DNA of 64,000 bases from Hemiscyllium ocellatum (Eukaryota). The stretch is taken from assembly GCF_020745735.1 (NCBI RefSeq), contig NC_083417.1, positions 48,360,001 through 48,424,000 of the forward strand, read 5' to 3'. The notes under the pieces are model-generated. The model made no database searches. It had not been told where the DNA came from and saw only the letters and a program-made list of their open reading frames with translations. Made by a program: the position numbers and the translations under genes. Shown piece after piece: positions 50,029 to 62,539 of this stretch; the stretch's first letter is position 1, and each line of letters begins with the position of its first letter.

Positions 50029-50664
50029 TAAATCTTTTTTGGTAGCAAAGGAGGGACAAGAATGTTGGTTAGGACATTAAGCCAATTCTTTCATCTTCTT
50101 TGATTAACTTCTAGGTACGTTTTCCATCCAAGCTAAAGGAAGAGAGAGCTGAAGTTAATATTTTATCATTAAGACAGCACTACAAAAAGGATTCGAATAG
50201 CACTCAACACAAACAATTATACATACTGAATCAAGCTAATCCTTGACGCTCACTTGAGCATTGTGTAATTTCATAATCTAAGCTTTTATTTTCCACCTTA
50301 GTCTCTGGATATTACATGAGCTATATGCCAATTGATATATAGTTCAAGAAGATTAGAGAATTAAGTATGTGTCTCAAAGAATGATATGGAATGGAAGGGC
50401 ATTTATGGGCACTGGCATCAGTACTGGGAAAGTCGAAGTTGTTCCAATTGCAAAAGATTCCACTTAAAATGGGCTATGTTGATGAACTAAATAACTAGGG
50501 TTATAGATAGAGCTCTAAAAAAGAGGGAATATTTAGAAACCTGAAGATCAATGTATTAACAATGGCAATTTAGTTTAAGTTTAACAGTTGGGACCAGTGA
50601 GGTCAAACAGTTTAACGGTAATGATGCATCAATTAATAAGGACCATGTAAATAATAGTAAAAAC

Positions 50665-51145
50665 ATTTAAGGTTCTTTATCTGAATGTGTGAAGCATTCA
50701 CAACACAATAGATGAATTAGTGATGCAAGCAGAGAAAACTGCTTCAGAGCAAATTGCTATTATAAAGATCTGGACCACAATTTTAAAACAGGTCAGGGTT
50801 GGGAGTGAAAGTGAATGGGTAGACAAGCAACTTGGTGCCACCGGCTGTCATTGGAATAAATAGAGCATTATCAAATTAGAAAGCTACAGCTGATGGAGTG
50901 CCGCAATGGTCAGCACTGAAGTCTCAGCACTGGATTATCTTACAACTAAGTTATTAATCCATCTAAATTTGATGACCATGCAAAGCTAGGTGGGAACATG
51001 AGCTGTGAGAAGAACACAATGAAGCTGAAAAAAGATACAGATGGATTATTCGAGTAAGCAAGAAGGTGCCAGATTGAGTATAGGGTAGGTTATTGATTTT
51101 GATAGCAAGGATAGAAATACAGATTGTTTTAAAACAGCATGAAAT
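50665..51145 (+). mobile_element. CR1 fragments (EN start and RT piece)
   Basis: ctttatctgaatgtgtgaagcattcac...gatgaattag; ggagtgccgcaatggtcagcactg; atctaaatttgatgaccatgcaaagctaggtgg. Confidence 0.6.
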
Positions 51146-51578
51146 TTGTAACATCATTTTCATTGGTACTTCTTGACAATTTTGCGAGAATCTTACACAT
51201 GACTCTGGGGACAGTGTGCAGAGGAAAGTGTCATGCTGCAGATCAATCTTATCAGCTGAATAACGACAAAGCCAATATGCTCAATTAACTATGTCTTTCA
51301 ACTTCCATAATGTGAATCAAGGATATAACCTCATTACACAGTTGTTGCATAGTATTTTGAAAAACGTCAAAGCTCTGTGAGCTCGTCTCAGTAACATCCA
51401 TAATCTTGTAGCTAGACAGTCAAAAGGACAAGCCTTGGCCCAACAAAAAAAACCTCCACAGAGGTGCCCTGTAAAAGATAAGGCCTTTCTTGGTCACAAC
51501 CAGAAAATATGGCTGCAAGATTGAATGCATGAAATACAGTTTCATTTAATAAATTTGGCTAGTATGCCTTTATCATCA

Positions 51579-52032
51579 GTGTTGAGAGTGTGTTGCTGGA
51601 AAAGTACAGCAGGTCAGGTAGCATCCAAGGAGCAGGCAAATTGACATTTTGGACTGGAGCCCTTCATCAGGAATGAGGCTGAGAGCCTCAGGGGTGGAGA
51701 GATAAATGGGAGGGGGTGGGGCTGGGGAGGAGGTAGCTGAGAGTGCAATAGGTGGATGGAGGTGAGGGTAAAGGGGATAGGTTGGAGAGGAGGGTGGAGC
51801 GGATGGGTGGGAAGGAAGATTGACAGGTTGGACAGGTCACGAGGGCAGTGTTGAACTGGAAGGGTGGAACTGGGGTAAGGTGGGGGAGGGGAAATGAGAA
51901 AACTGGTGAAGTCCACATTAATGCCCTGGGGTTGAAAGGTCCCGAGGCGGAAGATAAGGCATCCTTTCTACAGGCGTCAGGCGGTGAGGGAGTAGAGATG
52001 GAGGAGGCCCAAGACCCTCATGTCCTCGGCAG
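51579..52032 (-). mobile_element. PLE 3' fragment (family A, Neptune-like endonuclease C-terminus + 3'UTR + HHR relic)
   Basis: Minus strand DMRVLGLLH...LIFRLGTFQPQGINVDF, pyrimidine-rich UTR, CTGATGA at 51664-51670; perfect TSD atgcctttatcatca 51564-51578 / 52033-52047. Confidence 0.88.
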
Positions 52033-52849
52033 ATGCCTTTATCATCAATTTTCTGATGATACATCCAATCCTTGCCTTTGCAGAAAATTTATTCTCCCAT
52101 ACAAAACAGTTTGCAGTACTGGCATTTAGTAGTGAAAATGCACCTAATACTATGTAGACCAGTTCACAGTATATTCTTGGTTCCAAGAACAATTCAACTC
52201 AGTGGTGAGGTCAAGGAGAAAGCGCAAATAAGTTATAATCTCAGCTTTCTCTTTTCCTGATTGCACTCAGTATCAATTATTTAATACTTGGGAAATTAGG
52301 GAAACTGACCGTCTTCTGTGATGACAATGATAATTGTACACTTTTAGGTCTTTTGCAACCTTTGTATTAAAGCTTATTTTGACTCTCATAGCTTGGGGTG
52401 CTTTGAATAGTGAGTTTTAACTTATGATTTCTTCAAGTCTGTCTGCTGGTGCTTGATATTTCACACATTTTTTCAGCAGTATACCTGGATAAGCACATAG
52501 AAAACCTTTTCTCTAGCTTGTTCAACTATTGAACTAATCTTCTGCTTCCATAAAATCTCACTTCTAGTCTACAAAAACAGTAGAACATCACATCGACGCT
52601 CACTCGAATTTTAAACCATTAATCAAAAAGGCTTAAAGTATGAATGAAGCTAGATAAACAATTAAACCACATATAATCAAACTGTAATATACATTTGCAG
52701 CAGAATATCTTTGAACTCACACAGCATTATCATATACAGAATTTCTAGAAACAAGACTGAAGTGGTTTTTAAATTATAATTAAATATTTTCATTGCAAAA
52801 ATGCAAATCTAGTACAACAGTCATCCATTTTTATGAGATCTACTAGACA

Positions 52850-55800
52850 GTCAGATATATTGAATATAATTAATGACAGAGCATCCATAGTTTTCTGAGA
52901 TAGAAAATTCCAAAGATTATAAACCTCTAAGTGAACAAAATTCTCACACAAACAACGAGCAACCATAAACCCTAGTTCAAGACTTCAGAGTGAGGATAAA
53001 CATTCTCTTAGTATCTACTCAATCAAGCCCTTAGGAATACTTTGTTTTGTAGAATTTACAACTAAAAAATAGACTATTCAACCTAAACAAGGTACCATAC
53101 TGATCTATCCTGTCTGCATATTCTATTCCTTTATATTTATAGCCCCTACTGTTGGGTTCCCAACAAGTAGAACTATCTCTACCTCTATCTCATCAAAATT
53201 TTCATAATTTTAAAGGCTTTGTTTAGGTCATCACTTAGCTTTCCCTTTTTTAAATGCCCCAAGCTATGTCTATGAGATCACAACTCATTTTTCTAAATTC
53301 TAGGCAATACAGGCCATATCTTGGCAATCTTTCTCAAAAAGTAATTTGCTCCTTCCAGGAATAATCTAGTAAGTCACTGTTGCACTCTCTGGAAGGCAAA
53401 CACATCCTTCCTTGCACAAGGAGGCCATAATCGGTGTCCAGTATTCAGAGTCTGGCCTGATAAGCCCTATGCAACTGTAGTTATATTTTTTCACATTTAT
53501 ATTCACTCTTTTTGTAATAAAAGCTAACATATACACTTTCTTAATTGTGCTTTATACCTGCACATTAACAAGGACACACAGGTTCCCGAGAGTACCAACA
53601 TTTTCTGATCTGACCATTTAAAAAAAGAATCCCACTTGTCTATTCCTCTTACTCAAGTGGATAACTTAATTCCCTACACTATACTGTGGTTTCTGTGAGC
53701 TTCTTGTCCACTATTTTTACCTGTCTCCATTCTTTTGAAACCTTTTTGGATCTTTCATAGAGTTTACTCTCCTACCTAACAAGGAAATAACAGAGATTCA
53801 CCGACTATCCAACAGAATAAGTACCGACTTGCAGCCTAGGGATAGGGGATCCACCCGGCCACAGTGGACTTCTTTTGCAATTTAATGCCATCCTCTCTTG
53901 ACATATCAGTTTCCCTGAAGTTGTGACATGGTGAACTCCTCTTCCCATTGCAGTAGTGTGGCAAATATTTTGTCAATTTCTAACTTGATTTGGTGCCTTG
54001 GGTAAACAGAATAAGTGTTGCAAAGGAATGCGAGTAATTTTGAATGTCTCACGTTGTATTGATGTTTATGAAAAGGTTTTAGGTCGGTTCCAAACATGAA
54101 ACCTTAATTTGTATCTGTTTTACACTGTCTTTGTTTGTCTTTAGAAGTGATGATGGTGTCTCTTAATATAGATTATTGGTCTTCGTTTGTAATGATTAAG
54201 AGTTCACCTTGTAAGTACTATAGAACTTCTCTTACACGAGAAGGGATAAAGAATCCAAATTCAAATGTACCTTAGGTTGCGAATATGTAGACATTTTTCC
54301 CGAACTTACTGTTTGCATTGTATTTGTTTTAATAGGATTTTTTTCAAGATTATTTGTGTAGTACTCTAAGTAGATCTACTCTGCTATCAAATGTACAAAC
54401 TGTATTTAAGTGTCATTGTGTAGTTAGAACTGTTCATATATGTCATGTTAATTATATTTCAATATATACCACACAGCTGATGATTTTAAATTGCGATATC
54501 AAATAGGACAAATATGCATTGCTAAATTGGTTTACAAATTCTTGCTTCCTCCCAATGAACATGTTTAAAATATAACTGAGTTGAACTGAACAAATTGTCT
54601 ATTTAGAAAATTTGTAAATTTTAGTAAGCTTCTATTTTAAAAAAAATGCTACTATCGTAAACTAAATTCCAACTGTCTTTGAGTCTGATGTAAGGTCTGT
54701 CCTATCTCAAGTTCTTCAATTTAAATTGAATACCATAGCATTCTTTAGTGTTGACTTGTGTAGTCAAGCAGAACTCACTTCAACAGGTAAGAGATGGATG
54801 TATTCCAAACAATCAACCATTTTCTCCCCGTTCAAGATTTTTTAAAACGTTGAGTAATGTTTAGTTCTTGAACATTCCTGATTTTAATTACTCTTCCAAA
54901 CCCCCTTTGCCTCCTTGGTCAACTTTTATTCAGTGATAACTACCCCAAATGGAGTGGCTTGGTGGCTCAGTGGTTAGCACTACTGCCTCACAGCATCAGA
55001 GATCCAGGTTCGATTCCAGCCTCGCATGACTGTGTGGAGTTTGCACATTTCTCTGTAACTGCATGGGTTTCCTCCCACAGTCCAAAGATGTGCAGGTCAG
55101 GTGAATTGGCTATGCTAAATTGCCCATAGTGTTAGGTTCACCATTCAGAGGGAAATGGGTCTGGGTGGGTTACTCTTCGAAGGATTGGTGTGGACTTGAT
55201 GGGCCAAAAGGCTTGTTTCTGCACTGCAGGGAATCTAATATATCTTCAGCAAACTTGGATACATCCCCTTATCCAAGTCATTAGATATCCAAATATCCAA
55301 GCCCCAGACATGTATCCTCATCGCATTTCATAAGTTACAACCTGCCAAACCAAAACTAATTCAATTCTTCCTATCCTGTGTTTTCTGTTCATTAGTCAAT
55401 TATCAATACATGCAGATAATGTTTTATCTTCAATCATATGAACTCTAATTTTGCATGGCACCTTATCAAATGCGTTTTGAAAATCCGAAATCATTATACT
55501 ACTTGATCCAATCTCAAAAAATCTGCCAAAAGGTTTGTGAAAAACAATTTCTCTTTCATAAATCCATATTAACTCGAGACCATGACATACTTTTCCAAAT
55601 TCTCTGCTTTAATGTTCCTAACAGATTCTAGTATTTTCCCTATCTCTTATATCAGGCTAATTAGTTCCTTATTGTATTTCTCCCTCCTTTCTTGAGTGGT
55701 TGGGTTATATTTACATTTTAAGAATCCATGTGGAATATTAAAACCTAGGGAATTCTGCAAAATTAAAATCTCACTCTCTCTCTCTTAAAACCCTAAGATA

Positions 55801-55950
55801 CAGGTCAACAGGTCTAGGGGATTTGTCAACCTTGAAATAATATTATTACTATACTATTTGTCGATGAATAATAATTTCACAAACTCTCCACTTCAGCACC
55901 TTTGGTTTCCATTATTTCAGAATTTTTTTTGATGTCTTCTATTGACAAGA
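52850..55950 (-). mobile_element. Old CR1 fragments (approx. 52850-53780 and 54700-55950)
   Basis: Antisense motifs agaaaattccaaagatt, ccagtattcagagtctggcct, atcttcagcaaacttggat, ggcaccttatcaaatgcgttttgaaaatcc. Confidence 0.65.
54955..55240 (+). mobile_element. HE1-type V-SINE
   Basis: ggtggctcagtggttagcact...ggttcgattcc...tgtggagtttgcacatt...gggaatctaat. Confidence 0.93.
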
Positions 55951-56419
55951 ATAAAGCAATGTCTCTCTCTGATGTGGCATGAGTTATAGTGAGATAGTTG
56001 GGAAACTATGGCAAGAGTCAAAGGATCAGCATCTTGACATTGAGAACGTTTTTCAACTTTGCTGTTCGGCTTTAAATGATAAGGTCAGAATCTTTCTACT
56101 AAGTGGTATTAACATCATTTTCATGTGTTGCAGCTCATTATTAGTCCACCTTTCCTAATTTCTACGCCACTTCTTGGGTAATGATACCCAGAGTGGGGCA
56201 GGAAGAGACAGAGTGAATAAACATGAACAAAAGATAGCAAATAGAGTCAAGGAAGGGAAAGTGGTAAAAGACAACATTAATTGGTCTTTACAAATGTACG
56301 CAGTATTCAGATCAAAATAAACTAATTAACAACACAAATAGAAGTTAATGGTTATGATTTTATAGTCATTACGGAGACATGGTCACATGGAGATCAAAAC
56401 GAGGTAACAATAATGCCAG

Positions 56420-56570
56420 TGACTGCCACGGCTATGGCTCCCAATGCCTTCAGACAGTTTGGAGGGTTTTCTGGGGCCCTGAAAATCAATGAAATAATTC
56501 CCCTTCTGCACATCCTCAACTAAGGCCTCCAGTGCAGCATCAGAAAAGCCATAAGCCTCCGGTGGTTCCC
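56420..56570 (-). mobile_element. Harbinger Myb/SANT-like gene remnant
   Basis: Minus strand GFSDAALEALVEDVQK, resembling the start of Harbinger Myb-like proteins. Confidence 0.55.
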
Positions 56571-58133
56571 ATCATTCCACATCTTCCTAGCTTGTATTCT
56601 CTTCCAATTTTTGCCATCTCCCTCCATTTAGAATGTACTTTTCTTTGAAAATGTAATTTAAGCGAGCACTCTTCTTAAATTTACATGCTGCCTCAATTGG
56701 AAGTATCAGACATCATTGTGACAGATTCAGATTTCAAAGAATTTTCTAGCCATTGTGTTTTATAAGCAGAATATTTGTCTTAAAAAAATACATGGATTTG
56801 TATTAATTGTGATGAGGGATGTTAGTGCCAGTATATGAACATCGAGTACTTGTACATCATTTTAGGTAATTAGATGTACTTTTCCTGTGACTTTATGTTT
56901 TCGATTCTGATACCAGTTACCTTCATTTGAAAATGTTAATGCACACTTTGGGCTCCTCTCACCCAGGTATTTCACTAGTGTCAGGTTAATACATTTTGAT
57001 TCTGACTCCAGTCACTGCCTTTTGTTGTTTTGACCTCTCACGAGAACTTGTGGATGATGAATGCAAGGATGAGAAAAGTGCACAAATGACCACTGGCACA
57101 ATTTCTTGAGGGCTTCAACCAATTATCTGCCAAAGTTATGGCAGAGTTTGGTAGACCTTGCAGAAATGATATCTGCATGATTTTATTTTTCGACAAATTG
57201 GAGTGTTTAAAAACGTGATCCACTTTTCCAAGACATGTTTTACGCTGTATGGTAGGTTTATGCATTTTGTTTTACATTCATTCTCAGCGAAACCAATTCA
57301 TTATTTGTTAATAGAGGTCAGGTAGTTAATTTTCACTTCTCCAGTTATTTAATTTACATGTTCTACGTTACTTCTGATTGGACTGGAAGACTTAATTCAT
57401 CATCCATGGTAAGATACCATGTAAGAATGTGGAAAATATTAAATTAATGGTTCAGTGATTGCTGTGAGATTACAGCCTAGGTAATGCTAAAACAACTCAA
57501 CTGCCAGAGCAAGAATTATTTCAGTCACTGAACTGCATTCCAGTATTATATTGATTATACCAAATGCTTGAATATATGTCATATCAATTAAAACAAAAGC
57601 AAGGCCCAATACATTGCTAAAGTAAATAAACTGAGGCACACTATATCTTCACGAAAATTAAGCAAAAAATTTTCACTTGCCAAGAAATCAGTCACATAAT
57701 ATTACTCAACCTTGTCAATTTTGTGGACACATTTTCAAAGTTTTTATTGAAAGAAACTTCAGAATTACCATACTTGCTTAAGCAAAATATTTTAAATCTT
57801 CAATTAAAATTAGATATTATCACTGAGAAATTCAAGATATGAATATGATTAATTATAAGCTGAGTGTTTTAACTGTAATTTTTGTTTAGTATTTCAACTA
57901 TAAAAAGAAATCTGAAATGAATAATTAAATCCCCCTCAGGCAACCATCTCATCCCCATTTAGGTCCAATAGATAGTACATCTGAACAGCTGGACAGAAGT
58001 CTATTAAATAAATTGAGACCTATTATGTCTGAAATTATGTTCTTAATGATTTTGAACATCCTGAGAAATATTGAGTTAATACAAACTCCCTCACCTCCCC
58101 ACCTACCCTACCCTGCCACCCAACAATCCCTAC

Positions 58134-58490
58134 CCCTATATTCCTGCTGGCCTACACTGGCTCAAACAGCATCTTGATTTTTAAATTCTTACGCTTGAAT
58201 TCAAACCCCTCCATGATCTTGTGGCTCCTGATCTCTCTAATCTCCAGTCCCACAATACTCTGAGATATCTATGTTCATCTAATTCTGGTCTCTTGTCACT
58301 CCCAATTTTCATCAATCCACCACTGGCTTGGTTTGAACCTTAAGTTGTCTAAGCTCTGTAATTCCTTTACTAAACTTTTCTATCTCTCTCCTTCAAATTC
58401 CTCTTTCAGGCACTTCCTAATTTACTTTATAGATCAAGCTTTTGGTCATCTAAACACAATATTTCTTTGCACAGTTCAATGGCATATTTT
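58134..58490 (+). mobile_element. L2 LINE 3' remnant
   Basis: LHWL...DFKIL...FKPLHDL-like segment (cctacactggctc...gatttttaaattctt...caaacccctccatg) and gatcaagcttttggtca. Confidence 0.7.
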
Positions 58491-59249
58491 GTTTCAGCTG
58501 TACTTCTGACAGGAGCATGCACATTGGCAGCAATATCTCTTGTAAATGTATTTTTTTTAAAGTGACAAAAACCTAACAAAAGTCCAAACATGGAAACATT
58601 AATTGAAAGGGTACATGCTGTAGTAAAAATAAAGTTTTAAACAAAGTAAGATGTTATTTTTTAAAAATGGCAAAATATTGTATACGCAGTCAGAAATTAT
58701 CAGCAGTGAGCTTGCACAGTCATCGGATTGTCCAAACAGTTGGTGTGAGCAAGCAATCCTTTTTGTTTTGTAATGTTCCTGTGAAGCATCTTGAAGCAAC
58801 ATTTTAATGGCATTATTTAAGTTGCTGTTGCCAATATGTCAAAAAGATTTGATGTCTTCTGGAAGAGTTGCTCTTTCATTTGCCTGCCTTCATTGTACCA
58901 GCACCTCAATGTTATTTTCCTCATTTTTAAAATGTCTTACTGTGTCCCTGACACTTGTATGCTTTCTATTTTATTTTTATCTTATTCTTAAATTACATTT
59001 TTATTTTTGCTACCATCCACTTTCTCTCTGTTGCCTGATTTAGATTTATAGCTGCCTTGGTGCTTTTATTAGTGAACTTGCTATAACAGGAACTAAACTT
59101 CACAATTATTTTGTTGGCTGTAAATTATTCTGTGATGTCCACAGATCATGAAAGGCTCAATATGAATGCATGCCTTTCTTTTCATTTTTGGCAGTTACCA
59201 TTTTGTCCAAATGTTACTAGCAAAGGGATCACAGTCTTCATGAGTGTCA

Positions 59250-59530
59250 CAGGAGCTCAGTGGTCAGCACTGCTACCTCACAGGGCCAGGGACTTGGGTT
59301 CAATTCCACCCTCGGGTGACTGTCTGTGTGGAGTTTGAACATTCTCCTTGTGTCGGCATGGGTTTCCCCCAGATACTTCAGTTTCCTCTCATAGTCCAAA
59401 GATCTGCAGGATAGGTGTAAATTGCCCATACTGTCCAGTGATGTACACGATAGGTGGATTAGCCAGCAGAAATATAGGTTGCAGGAATAAGGCAGAGGGG
59501 TGGATTGAGGTGTGGGTTCAAAGGTTCTAA
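59250..59530 (+). mobile_element. Decayed HE1-type V-SINE
   Basis: gctcagtggtcagcactgct...gggttcaattcc...tgtgtggagtttgaacattctcc. Confidence 0.85.
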
Positions 59531-59659
59531 TACTTTACGATTCTTATACTCAGACCACAGACTTGGTACATAGAAAACAAGAGGATGGACTACGCAAGAG
59601 AGAAGCCGAAGTTAACATTACGTGTGCCCACGACGATAGTCCATGGTCTCATGATATGC

Positions 59660-59910
59660 AATAGGCCTTTTCTGACTAAGAGAAACTTCTTCATGCAGAA
59701 AGTAGTAAACCTGCAGAATTCTCCACCCCAGAATACCACAAAATCACTGAATATATATAAACTTCGAAAGGTTAAATGTGTCGAAGGGTATGGGGAGAAA
59801 GCAGGTGTATAGAATATGAGGAAAACATTCAGTCTTGATCAAATTGAATGGCAAAACAGGCTCAATGGGGTGAATGGCCTATCCGGGTTCATATTTTTAT
59901 GTTTCTATGA
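59660..59910 (+). mobile_element. CR1 3' tail fragment
   Basis: agaaacttcttcatgcagaaagtagtaaacc...ggctcaatggggtgaatggcct. Confidence 0.75.
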
Positions 59911-60039
59911 AAGTATGAATTGTCGGTGATAGAGAGTCACCTATCATTGATGAGGTCACCTACTATCTATAACGTGGGGCTCCTGGACTTAGACACGCAG
60001 CACAATATTCAAAAAGTACTTCTTTTTTAATAAAGTTGA

Positions 60040-60305
60040 CCTTTGGATGAGATGTTAAACCAAGGGCATAATTGCCTGTTAAAGTGGATATAAAATATTG
60101 CAAAAGCCTATCAAAGAACAACAGTTTTCCAGTTTGCCAACCAATCTAAATCCATCAAACAGTACCACCAAAAGCAGGCTACTAGTCATTTGTCTCACAT
60201 TTGTTTGGGGAACCTGAGTGAAAATTAGCTCTCCACTTTATCTACACAACAAATAAAAGAGAGATTAAAGGATGCAAGGCTTTGGATTTCCTAAGGATGT
60301 AAAGT
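60040..60305 (+). mobile_element. DeuSINE (SacSINE1/AmnSINE1-like) relic
   Basis: Deu-domain-like ctttggatgagatgttaaaccaagg...gtggatataaaa...gtcatttgtctcacatttgtttgggg and tail ggctttggatttcctaagg. Confidence 0.6.
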
Positions 60306-61661
60306 ATGTGTTTTTAAATGGAAAGTTGTATTTAAAATAGGTGTTAAAGTTTATTGTTAGAGTTAACTGGTGAACTCATTGAAGAAGATTGATAAGAATT
60401 CTATTTTGGAGATATTTTTCTTGTGGGGAAGTTTTTTCTGTGAACAAGGAAGTTTTTAAAACTTACGGTGATGAAAAACATGGTGACAGCTCAGTTTAGG
60501 CAATATTTATGGTCAGAAATAAATTGACACAAATCTTTGTCTTAAAGATAGACAGATAATATCCCCAGTTGCTTCAGAGTTTCCAACAGAAATACCATTT
60601 GTGAACAATAGGGAGATTTAATGAACATACAGTTAAAATTTTTATTCTTCATGGTTAAGACCACTTGAGACCTACATTCAACATGCTTTAGAAAGTGAAA
60701 GCAGTGATATGAAAGGTTTATTGAAAAAACTTAGCAACACATTAGAAATTAATCAGAAGAAAATTAACAATTCAGCTTTTGCTGTAATAATAAAGATAAA
60801 ATTATCAGTGCTCCATTGTTATTACAGGGTAAATCAAACGGCAATCTCTGGCAGGTACACATGCACAACTAAACATGAAAAGGTCTGATGCTGTTTTCAG
60901 AGATATCTGCTTCTCCAAATGGTACACTGTTCCAGTCTGTGTTGATAGACTTCAGAAATCTCAGCACCATGGCATCATGTTGAGATACTTCCATACTAAA
61001 TGCAGCTAGAAATGTTCATACTAATGTAATATTTAGATGTAGGGCATTTCTAATGGCATGTAAGTAATAAATTATTGCTGAATGGTCTTTCAGGACCTGA
61101 AGAAATAATTTTACAAGTGTGGGGACTCAATCCCTGGGTAAAATACGATGTAGATATAAATAAATGCACAATTTAATTTTTTTTGTAAGTTCCCTCATCC
61201 CATTTGAATTTTAAAAATATACATTTTACCTCTGCTGCATGATCAAAATGTAAGTAACATTTCTAGCTTTTTACTTCCTGATTTACAGTGCATATCTCAG
61301 CATGATATTTGAATTTGATTGGTTCAAGCACTTCACTAGTGTTTGCAGTATTCAAAAGGTGAAAAGCATTTCCTCTAGAAGGCATTGCTCTGAAAGACAT
61401 GCAGGACTAGCAGAAATTCATGATGACAAATCCATTAACCGATTCTGGGCAAATATATTTAAATTAAAGGCCAAAAGCAGTTTCTTCTCTATTGAGAACA
61501 AAATCTAGGTCAAAGTCTTTGGACAAACATAAAATTTTTGATCATATTCATTTTTGGAATCTTAGTACTTCATGCTAGTCCTAACATCATGCTGACACAG
61601 AACACAAAGACTCATAACTGTGTTAAATCAGCATTACATGAGAAAAATTGCCTGTGTTGTT

Positions 61662-61872
61662 GATTGCTGGAAAAAGCATAGCAGGTCAGGTAGCATCTGA
61701 GGAGCAAGAGAATCAATGTTTTAGGTTTGACCCTTCATCAGGTCCTGATGAAGGGTCAAGTCCAAAACGTTGACTCACTTGCTGCTCAAATGTTGCCTGA
61801 CCTGCTCTGCTTTTTCCAGTGCCACACTTTAACAACTCTGACTTCTCCAGCATCTGCAGCCCTCACAATCTC
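61662..61872 (+). mobile_element. Older palindromic PLE mini-element (family A) with back-to-back HHR relics
   Basis: Centre cccttcatcagg-t-cctgatgaaggg at 61743; TSD cctgtgttgtt 61651-61661 / cctgtattgtt 61873-61883. Confidence 0.88.
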
Positions 61873-62539
61873 CCTGTATTGTTTGTTACAATGTTGGAAT
61901 ACAATATCTCAATTTGATTGAAGACTAGAAAGAAAAATATTTTAGCCAAAATAAAACTTTGCTGGCTGCATTCCACAGAATATGCAAACTTATGGACTCC
62001 TGAACAGGTTTCAATAGATACAGATATATTAGGCCACCTCTTTAACATGGTACCAGTAGTTGCCTAAAGCACCATATAGCTGCCTGATAGTTAGAAAATT
62101 TACTGTCTCCTTTCAATTTTCCCAATCAGCTCTCATGTCCCATCATTCATCCAGTCTTGTTCCTCAAGGATGGAAATCCAATTTTTAAAAATTAAATGTC
62201 AGGAATTGACTTGCAAGTGGTAGACAGGTCTTCAGAAGACCAAGTGGGAAATAGGGATTTAGTAATGGATTTATGGTTATTTTCGAAAAAAAACACAAGA
62301 AAATTTAAGGCAAATACAACAAATTTGCTTCTGCTTTTAATTGCCTCAGTCTAAAGATACAATTCAAAAAGATAATATGGAAAGACATATGTTTTACATA
62401 TGTGCCATTGTTAAATTTTAAAAAGGCACATAAAGCCAAAACTGTGAGAAATAACATGTGTGCAGTACATTGACTACTGCCTTGCATACAAATAGCCAGA
62501 TGACAGTGAATTTTACATAAGATATTGTCTATCACATAC

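Larger units (their letters stand above)
49090..50185 (-). mobile_element. Ancient DeuSINE-like relic, split by the PLE insertion
   Basis: acttgcatt...caaagtgct (antisense tail) on the left and aatgttggttaggaca...tcttctttga...aagacagcact on the right; antisense to 60040-60305. Confidence 0.5.

Noticed and set aside
51690-51895. G-rich tract as an independent G-quadruplex element
   Set aside because: It is the antisense of the PLE's C/T-rich 3'UTR
57038-57265. 75-aa ORF in unique sequence
   Set aside because: No motif and no convincing splice sites
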